Source: Macrostomum lignano | Lineage: Eukaryota | Assembly: GCA_002269645.1 (NCBI GenBank) | Contig: NIVC01000024.1 | Location: forward strand, 248,001-312,000 | DNA: 64,000 nucleotides | Direction: 5' to 3' | Shown here: positions 13,050 to 23,006 of the stretch, in pieces | Numbering within the stretch: position 1 is the stretch's first letter | Layout: every line of letters begins with the position of its first letter | The notes under the pieces: generated by a model | Databases searched by the model: none | The model's input: the letters and a program-made list of their open reading frames with translations, nothing else | What the model was told of the DNA's origin: nothing | Made by a program: the position numbers and the translations under genes

Positions 13050-13965
13050 AAATAATGTGGGCACACAATTGATAAATTTCTCAATAACTTAGCAAATTTC
13101 TATTGCTCTTCAAAGATCAAAGTTCTTCAGGTAGGAGTGCGCACTCTCAGTTGGATTCAAAAATGGTGAGTATGGTGGCAGCTGCATGACTTGCCAGTTA
13201 GCTTCATATTGTTGTGGGAGCCTCATGCCAGTGTGGAATCGAGCACCATCCATTATGATGCAGAATTGATCCACATTCTTGATGTCTTCTCTGTTGTTGA
13301 CAGCATTGAGTAACTCTTTGATGAAAACTTAGAACACGTTTGCAGTTAGCATCTGGCCCAAAATCTTTGGTGTACAAGGCTGAGGCCATGTGAGATGGCC
13401 TGGATGATATATTTACCTAAACACTGCGCTGCGTATTCAAAGTGCGCCTAACATGCTGACCCTGCAAACTGCGCCCAGAGATCGTCATGTCCATATGTTG
13501 AACCCTGTCTTGTCAATATAGATCAAGTGACAATCCAGAGGCAGGTCAAGCAGCCACTGTGCGAATTCTTGTCAACAGCGTGTTCCGTGCGACCAGAAGG
13601 TCAGCATCTCTACCTAAGCATTTCAGCATGATCAGATGTTTGTCTAGAGATCTGCTAAGTGTGGCCTTGCTCACCTGAAGACCATCAAACAAATGCTCCA
13701 GTGTGTGCTGCAACTCTTTTATTGTTAGTAATGGATTGGCATCCAGTGAATCCAGAAGCAGTTGCACATGCTGGTTTCCTAGCTTTGACGTTTGATCTCC
13801 TCCTCGATAGAGTCATTGCGGCGTCCAGTCAGTTTGTAGTGCCATTGGATAGTATACACAGTTTGTGCCTTCAAATTACAAAACCTGGAAATCTGCACAG
13901 CCCTGTCTCTTTGCTCAAGCGCACTTACTACTAGTTCATATTTTTTGTTGCTTATCTTGGCATAT
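13050..13965 (-). pseudogene. Decayed IS630/Tc1-mariner transposase
   Basis: Minus-strand translation across stops and frameshifts: HTH-like KYELVVSALEQRDRAVQISRFCNLKAQTVYTIQ, then RGGDQTSKL..LLDSLDANPLLTIKELQ..VSKATLSRSL, first D in LIYIDKTGFNIWT*, second D in IMDGARFH, E in QLPPYSPFLNPTE. Confidence 0.85.
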
Positions 13966-15697
13966 GGACCCTGTGCTGCTGCCGCCTGAACTGGTTCTCC
14001 AGGAGCGTCCTCCGCGGTGACAAAACTCTTTCCATCCTACTCCAGAATTTCATTATCCTCAATGTTGATTGTGTCCATTTTGAGCTACTATTGAGATCAG
14101 TTCACATAATAACTGAGAAAATTTATCAATTGCATGCTTGCATTATTTATTTGGTTGTAGAAATAGCCATATCTTTGACCACAGACGATAAAAAATTCCA
14201 CAGACTTTGTTATCAATTATTTAATTGTTTGCTCGCATTCTCTACTAGCTTGCAAAATGCTATATTTTCAATTTTGTATTAGTATTGCAACATAATACTA
14301 TGATAGAAAATGCCTATGGCCAAAAGGGATAGAAAATAGTATTATAAAATTCTTTATCATTTAGTTCTTATCTATTGCTCTATTTATTGCTATTTTTACT
14401 GCCCTATCTATTTCTCTATCTACCACTCTAGCTATTGCTTTATTTACTTCTTTATAAATTGCTTTATCTAGTACTCAAAAGCACTATATTGTGGCACCAT
14501 TTCAAACTTGAATATAATATTGTAGAACAACCTATAAAGTTGCTAATACTATCATAGTTACATTTGATATCTATGAAGTTATTAATATGCTCAATATTAA
14601 ATAATCATTGTTTTTTCGATTTTTATCACTGTATATATTTAAAAAAACAAGATTAATATTGATGGATAGAATAGTATAAATAGGCCTATCAGCTAGTTGC
14701 TAATTAGGCTTAATCTTAAATTTTGATTGAATCTCAATTATTTTGAAAATATAAATCTTGATTCTCAAAAAATCTTAAATATTTGAGATTGTCCAACCCT
14801 TAATTTCTTTCAATCCAAAGGTTAAGGTTATAATAAAACTTAATTTTTGTATATCTGAACCTAGATATCTATTAAATGTTTATATACAATTGCTAGGCCT
14901 AGCCAGCCTAGCAAGTAAAAATTATGGTAAACCAAGGATAAATACTAAAGTTTGTAATATTTTAATACTAGGATAGGCCCTTATTTTACCTTCATGACAA
15001 AATTTGATAATGAATTAAATATGTAAGTTTTATAGCAAAATGAAGTCTTAATCTAAACTAAATCAAAGTTTGATTAAATTGAAGGCTGATGCTACTAGCA
15101 ATAACAAGTAGAATTGTAGGCTTAGGGCTTAAAAGTTATCCTATATACTAAAATGTAAAGCTATAGACCTATAAAGTATATTTGTTAGGCCTTTATGTCT
15201 ATTATTAAACCAACACTAGCATATGGAGGTCAGTTGAAATAAGGGCCTATCTACTATTAGAAAACAGTCTAGACAAGCCTAATATTTAGTATATTTAATA
15301 GATTATAGAATAGTTAGCCTAGGGCCTAGTATATTTGTATATAGGCCTATGGCTATAGTATAGAGTAGGCCTATCATGATTCTGATTCATAAGTAGGCCC
15401 TATAGATAGGGGCCTAGGCCTACAGCTATATAGAGATTTTTTTTACTTATATAATAAATCTCCATAGGCCCTAGGCCTACTCAGTGGATACTGTGACTAG
15501 GCCTAGGGCCTACTAGTAGGGGCCAGTACAGTATATAATTCTAATATTTATATGAGTACATATTATTAATTATTTAGTAGGCATAGGCCCTATTATTTTA
15601 TATTATTAAAAATATTATTAGGCCCTATACACTAGGGCCTATATCTATCAAATCTATAGACAGTAGGCCTAGCCTAGCGGCCTAGGCTAGGCCTAAT

Positions 15698-18600
15698 CCA
15701 TGGTGCAGAAGGATTTCTGTGTACGACGGAAGGCAAATTTCAGTTTTAGCCTGCTGTACGACAGTACGACACAAGTGAACTAAGTAATTTTTTTTTGTAC
15801 GACAAACTACAATGCAGAAACCCACATACTCCCGACCCAGACAAAGAGTAATAATAAGTTGTAAGTGGTAATAACAAGTTTACAAGTAATTGAAGTAATA
15901 TTAATTATGAATGATTCAATTAAATGAATTTATCAATTGGCATTATTGTCGCCGTCTTTGGGCTTCTGCTTCCGACGGCCGATGAATGGCACACGGGAAA
16001 CAGCTGCTGCGCGCCTCTGCAGCACCTTGCCGATGGCGTCCTTAGTTTTGGCAGCAAAAAACGGACTCCAATGTGGACGAATCCCACGGCTTTTGTCGCC
16101 TTTAAAAAAAAGTTTCGCAGAGTCGTCGAGAAATTCTTCGCATGCATCGCCGCCCATGGGTGGTAGCAACCAAGCTAACTTAGCGCGAAGCTGAAGGGTG
16201 TCGTTGGTTTGGCCTCCCTGTTGCTGTTGCGACCGCATAGTCGAGTAGAAGCTCTCGACAATCGCTTCTGGAAGAAAAAGGCGGAAAAATATGTAGATGA
16301 AATTCTGATCAAATCTGACTGACTTGCCCAAGGTGACATTAGTTAATTTGTAGATAGCAACTGGAATTTGCAACTCACCAGTGCCACCTCGGTGTAGTGC
16401 AAAATCAAGTAGTGCACATGTTGCAGGGCCGGCTCGCTGGAAAACGTCTGGGTCGGCATAGAAAGACGCATAAACTGCTGCTTCGTCCACCACAACAGAT
16501 GAAAATTCACCACCTGCTGTCGAACCCGATAGATGCAGCAATAACTGACGTGCCAAAGTGGGTGCTGCTACTTTTAAATCCGTCAGTGGCCCGTTGATGG
16601 AAGGCACCAGCCAGCTACTGCGGCCTTCACCCGTGAAAATGACGTGGCGTATAGTGTCCACAAAGTTCGCAGCATACCTAAGTTTAGTGGACAAAAAATA
16701 AAATTAAATACAATTCGATTTCGTTACATTTTTCTGTAGCAAAGTGGTCTTGAAATATGTGATTTCCAGCCTCACACTAGTTATAGTACCAGTGCATTTA
16801 TAGTTTTGATTGTGAAGGAGCTCACCTTCGGGCCATGGGAACTTTCAGATGAGCCAGGTGCTTATGCTTGACTGCCTCGGTCACAAGCCGCTTAAAGGCG
16901 GGAGCGCACTGGTCTGCAAACTCTTCTGCTGCAACTTCAGGGTCCCTGCATGCAATGGCACGGATGATGGCAGCTGCATCGAAGGAGGCACAATCAGAGG
17001 TGCTCGGGTCGCAGCAGCGTTGAATGCGAGCAACGAAGCTGCGGTGAAGTGCCCCGGCAAGCTTCTGTGTATCACGTGCAATGTCCTGAGGAAGGAGGAA
17101 GAAGGATGGAGCTGAATAATGAAGCACAAAGGAGAATATGGTAACTTTGGCAGAGTACATAATATAATGATTGCACAAGCTTACCTCCATGTCTCGAGCG
17201 CGCCACTGATCCTGGTCAGAGGCAGAGCCAGCAACCGGCTTTTTTACTTTGAGCCAGCCGTCCAGCAGAGTCACGCCATCAAATGTGCCACCAACGTGCA
17301 GATTGTCGATGTGCTCATGCAGCGTGGGGTAGTCCTCACTACGAAACTGCTCTGCATGGACATGGAGGAACTCAGCTACCAATGGCCATAAGGTAGACAC
17401 TTTCCAGTGGGGCAGCTGAAGATTCTGCGCAATCTCCATAAGAGCTCTGTGCAAGTGTTATGTGTTTGGAGTAAGTAGGTAATCAAAAAGTTGATCCCAT
17501 AGTAATTTTACTACCCACAAGGCATATAAATCAACTTACTTGATTGGCGCAAAGAGATCCAGGTAGCCCAACAAGTCGCACACAAAATCAAATCCGAACA
17601 TTATGTACGGCTGTGGGTCGTTATCTCTGACTCGTGGTTTCTCGGCTCGAAATGCGGCATGCAGATCGCCGTAGCAGCGAAAGATGGTCTGCCATTGGTT
17701 CATGGCTGAACTGGTAAAGCGCTGCGAGGCAAATGATGAAATTGCTCCGGCATGGTCCTCGGAAGCAATCTGTTTTTTTACAAACAAAGAATTTGGAGTA
17801 GTTTTATAGCAAACGTATATCTAAAACCCTCGGTAAACTATTCAGTTAGACATTCAGGTTGCATACTTACTTCCAAAGCCGAACGGCCACGCCCGTGGCC
17901 AAAAAGATGCGGAAACAGGTTTGCCCTGTCAATAAAATCCTGCAACGCCTCTCCGTCGTCACTATCGCGCACGTTAGTCACGGCCAGGTTTATAAAGTGG
18001 GCCGGGTCCCAGTTAATTGGGATCTCATAGTCGGCTCCGGCCTCCTTCAGCTTCTCAAATATTGCCGTTTTAAAAGGCGCAGTTTGATATTGCCCGTCGG
18101 CAATGACGCCCACAAGACGATCAATGGGCAAATCAAAGTTCGCCAGACCTTGAAAAAGCCGCTGCACCAGAACGGGGCCGCTGCCGTCCATCTCTTTGGA
18201 ATAAACGGCCGGGGCGCCACCTGGGATAGCAACGGCGTCACCAGTCTCGCACCTGTTAGGGGTTATCCGTTTTAAGGAGGTAGTAAAAGTAATATTTAAG
18301 TGGCGGATACTCCTAATGTACATTACTTTTCCTTCTTCCTCCCTACTTACCTGGCCAACACCATAACAGCTTGGTTAGTGATGCGACCTGGTGTGCTTTT
18401 GTCGCAAGCAATGGCGTAGCAGGGAGGACATCCGGTGGACGGCAGTGGGGTCTGCAGGAACTCAGCCGTATACTTGTCAGCGGTGACCTCAAACAACGAC
18501 CACAACTCCTTGTTAAACTCCCTAGTTGGATGCATAGTGGGTGGTAAATTAACAAATAGCGTACAAAATAACCATAGCTTAGCTAATGGCATACAGATAC

Positions 18601-21600
18601 AAACCACATAATATGGTACATACCGGCCGTGGCCCCGCTGGCCAACTTCAGCGTCCGACCGATAAAGCATGCTCACGAACGTCTCATAGTGCTTACTAGC
18701 TGACGCTGATTCGATATTGGCAACAGAGCAACGCAAAAGGCGCCGAACAGTTCCTGAGACGCGCTTCTCTTCAATCTTGCGGTCCGCATACTTCTTCATA
18801 GCTTTCACATGGCCGACAGCCTCGATACCAGAGAGATGTTTCACTATCCTATAACGAAGCCGGGAGAATGCCTCGCCACACGCAAGGATCTCAGTCATTT
18901 CCAGCTTTGTAATGAGCTGCCCTCGTGCAAGCGTGCCCATCGACTTGGGGTTTCTATAAGAAGTTAGAGAAATGAAAGTTTATAATAAATAAATGGAAAA
19001 GGCCAACTGGATTGTCTTATTGCCTGTTAGATAAAAGTACATACAATGGACTTACAAAGTGCTGTGCCTCTCCGCAACAGTCAACTTTGGCGAGAAGGCC
19101 GTGCCTTCCATTAAAACGTTGTAGCACGGGACACAGTATAAAATTGTGTCCTCACCGCAAGGTGCTGTGGCGAGCATCTCGTTCTCCAGGAGCTCGGCCA
19201 TGTTGCTAGCCACAATTGGCGGCACTTTTGGTAAGTTTTGTCCCCGAGAGTTTGAGCTGGAGGTAGCCTGTGACAGCGCCAAGTCCCGAACAACATTTAG
19301 TATAATCGGAAGTAGGGCAAGTTGTCGGGCTGCCTCCGCCATTTTAATTTCCAGCCCAGTGACAATTGCCAAAAGATCCCGACCTGACGTGCTTGATGAT
19401 GCTGTAGATGCAGCCTCAGCAGGACTGGGAAGGATAGGTGAAGCATCAGCAAGCTGCCTAACAAATGAGCTGGATCTTTGGTCAACGGCGGATGATTCCA
19501 GTACTTCAATGTTTACTACCAGATTTGTCTTTGGTCCCTCAGACTGCTGCTGCTCTGCCTCAGGCTCAGTGGTCATTGGAACTTCAGGACGTTCAGGTGA
19601 CTCTTCATCACTGGCACTTTCAACCTCCAGCACCTCATGGCTGACCATGGCCTTTGTGATGCGTTTTTTTACCTGCTTCTCATTCTCATTGGCAGGCCTG
19701 GCAGCAATTAGGTCGCGAACATCAGCATGGTCAGGTCTGCAATATGTTAAAATCTTATTGGCTGGGTCTTCTTTGTGCCAGCGACTCCGATGAGTTTTTC
19801 TGCTACTACCATTGTTTCGATAAATGCGGCAGTTGGACAGTGGAAGCCCTCGCTGAAGGCAATCCACACAGTAATGTGGGTCACACACAGTTCCGCGAGG
19901 CTTCTTAGTTGGTGGCTCTTCAGTTTGTGCAGATGAAGACGCTGCATGAGACAAACTCAGTGGACGCTTTGATTTTGCTTGTACTTGCACATTAGCCTGT
20001 TGCTGTTGGCGTTGCCGCTGTGCCTGTTGCATGATTGGCATATGGGCCCAAGCACACTCAGCAGCCTTCGCCTTCTCTACTACTGCCTCTGGCTCTGCCT
20101 GGTCAGCCTGGTCCTGGATACTAGCTTGCAAAGCTGCAGCTAGTGGTGTCTCTGTCTCAGACTGATTTTCTTCAGAGCCAGAACTTGATGTGCTACTGCT
20201 ACGAGACATTATAGAGATTAATTTTGGCACAATAAATCAAAAAGCAAATGCTGAATAGCTGAATTTAGCTGAAAGACAAGTTAATTTTTTTGGCAATCAG
20301 CATTTAATTTAGTATTATTAGTTATGACCAAATCTAATCAATAAGTAAGCATAAACCAAACTAGTTATCAGTTGAATAAAAATATGGTTTTGTTTACAAA
20401 AATTAAATAAATAATTATAATTATACTTATAGAAATTTAGGAAATAAAGATTAGACATTTAGTAATAGGATATAATTAATGCACATTTCAATATATTTTG
20501 TTTTTTTTATAAAATAATTTCATATACTATACTGTACCATTCTACAATCTAGCTCTACCAAATGTTCTACTCAACTCTACCAAATATAATCAATTGCATA
20601 ATTTTATACAACTCAATTACTCAATCTAGTCAACTTACAATACAATACAATAGCAAAATTTGCTATGAATTTAGAATTACTAAAAGACTAAAAGTAAAGG
20701 TAATAAGATAAATTTATACACTTGTCAATGTCAAGTCAACTTGGAAGTTGTATTTGCTAAAGTTGCTGCCAAGCACCTGAAGTTTTGTCTCAAATTAGTT
20801 GCAGACTTGCAGTAGGCCCTAATTTATATATATTCACTTCTTTTCTTTCATGAAACGAAGCAAAACTTGGTGTCTCTTGGCTAGATGGCTATTAGCTACT
20901 TCTACTTGTTATTTCGTAAGAAATATTTGTTGGTTTCAAGCCAAGCAATAAGCCATAGCTGTCAACTTAATTACTATGTCTTTACTCAATACTCAAGTAC
21001 TCAACTGTCAACTTCAACTTGTCAAGTAAAGTCAAATTTGACAAATAAAAAATGCATTTAATTAATTAATTACTAATTATTAAAAGAAAGTGATAAGATA
21101 ATTTTATAAACTTGTCTAATGTCAACTCAATTACTGAAATTGTGAAATTACACAACTGACAACTTGAACTTTTAAAATAAAAACTTGCAACTAAGATTAA
21201 GAACAAGAAGTTAAGTTAAGAACTAGAATTAGAACAGAACACTAGAAGTTCTAGAACTAATTTATGAAGGTAAAAGTGATAAAATGTTTAAAAAATAAAC
21301 TTGAAAGAATCACCAGATGTCCAGACAGACACAGACACGAGACACGAGTCAGTCAGTCAGACAGACCAGTCAGTCAGTCACTAGTCACTTTCACTAACTC
21401 AAAGTCTCAAACAACAAACTGTCACAAGTGTCACTTGACAGTTGACCTTGTCATTTGTCAACAGTCAAAGTCAATGAGTCAACTGCAACAATGCAACATG
21501 CAACTCAACTCAACAGTCTCAACTTAATTAATTACTCAACTTGTTACTCGTACTAACTACTAATAAATTTACTTGTCAAAGTTGAAAAATTACAAATTGC

Positions 21601-22266
21601 TAGTTTAAGTTTTGCAACAAATTAAGAAAACTTAAAAGTTACTTTTAGTTGTAGCTTGTAGTATAGTATATAGTGCTAGTGCAGTGCAGAGTGCATAGCC
21701 ATAGATTATAGAAAAGTAAAAGTTATAAGGGATAAGACAAAAGACATTAGTCAGATCAGATCTTATCTTAGATCACATCACGATCACGAGAGACGAGACT
21801 GACCGGAGGACGAGAATTACAAGATCAGATGATTATGAATTAATTCACATTCACAATTCAATTCCCAGTAACACGATACAACGATACGCATTTCAAAAAA
21901 GAAATAAACAAGGTTAAGATTAAAACAACGGATGCACATTTGTGTGGCCTTGAATATAAAAATGTGAAATTTGGTGCCACATAATAAAAAATTATTATTA
22001 AGTATGCCAAGATTATATTTTATTTGTGCCTCGTAAAAAGAACTTTGAATAAATTTAATTTAATTATGAAAACGAAATTGTATTTTTAAATGCCTATGCA
22101 TATAGCTTTCTAGTCAGAGATGTACGACAGTGACAGTGTGGCCAACGACGGTACGACATGTACGACAAAGAGCCCTTGCAAAAATGAACGATGTACGACA
22201 TGTACGACAACCAACCTCAATGTACGACGGAAATTTCCGTCGTACACCCGTCCTTCTGCACTATGG
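15698..22266 (-). mobile_element. Complete hAT-like cut-and-paste DNA transposon, 6,569 bp
   Basis: TIRs CCATGGTGCAGAAGGA (15698-15713) and TCCTTCTGCACTATGG (22251-22266; 15/16 match). 8-bp TSD GGCCTAAT at 15690-15697 and 22267-22274. GTACGAC subterminal repeats at both ends; internal spliced transposase. Confidence 0.92.
15933..20209 (-). CDS. hAT-like DDE transposase, about 1140 aa, 9 exons; complement(join(15933..16267,16379..16677,16826..17085,17185..17446,17540..17769,17871..18252,18351..18521,18624..18953,19056..20209))
   Basis: All 8 introns are GT-AG with consistent phases (93-148 nt); 3423 nt without an internal stop. Cys/His zinc-finger-like motifs (YCVDC..C..H..H; YCVPC..KHLSG..GH), first D in AIACDKST, second D in GVIADGQY, WDPAH (CxxH-equivalent), SQRF (TRW-equivalent), E in GTEAIVESFYS (like the hAT SxxERxFS motif). 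Introns 2, 6 and 8 are frame-preserving and inferred from splice signals and composition. Confidence 0.82.
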
Positions 22267-23006
22267 GGCCTAATCTCCTAGGCCCCTATTATTAATAATA
22301 GGCCTAGGGCCCACCCACGGGCACGGCCACCCTCTACTAATATAAATAGACGATAATTGGCATTTAGTAGGGCCTACTAATAATAAAATAGAAATTACTT
22401 GACTTTGGACTTATTATTATTGTTATTAAACAGACGCTGGCGCTGGGCTGGTGGAAAACAGCTGAGTCCAGCCTAACTCTTGACTGGACCTACGTAATGT
22501 AGGCTAATATCCTAACAGTCTAATCCACAAATAAAAAATTTGGATTTCATCCAATCGATTTTGCTAAGGCTAAGATTAGGCTAGGCCACTATGGTGGGAT
22601 CAATGACCAATCCAATACATTATCAGGCAGAGTCAGGCAAAGTCAGGTCAGGATGGCATATGGTAATCAAGTAGATTTCAATTTTAGCGTGTAAAAACTC
22701 GGAAATTCATTCTACGGTTTAAACTATGTGTTTGGTATCTAACTATGAAAAATTTTAGATTTAAAGCTTAAACTCAGACTATGTATTTAACTTAGGTTTT
22801 TCAATTTTTTGAAATTTTAATTTGGGGCACGAAAACTAAAAGTTTATATACATTGACTACAAATTTTAGTATATATAGCAATTGCGCCACGCTTTGACAC
22901 TGCATGCTCATCGTGTGTATATACAACTATGTTTGCGTACTCTAAAAATTCGTAATAATCAGAGAAGCAATTGTAACCTTGAATTGACCTTTTCAAGCAT
23001 TATATT

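Noticed and set aside
12775-14805. Possible TIR pair (GGGTCAGACAAG.. / ..TTGTCCAACCCT) around the Tc1 relic
   Set aside because: Similarity is too weak and no TSD could be identified.
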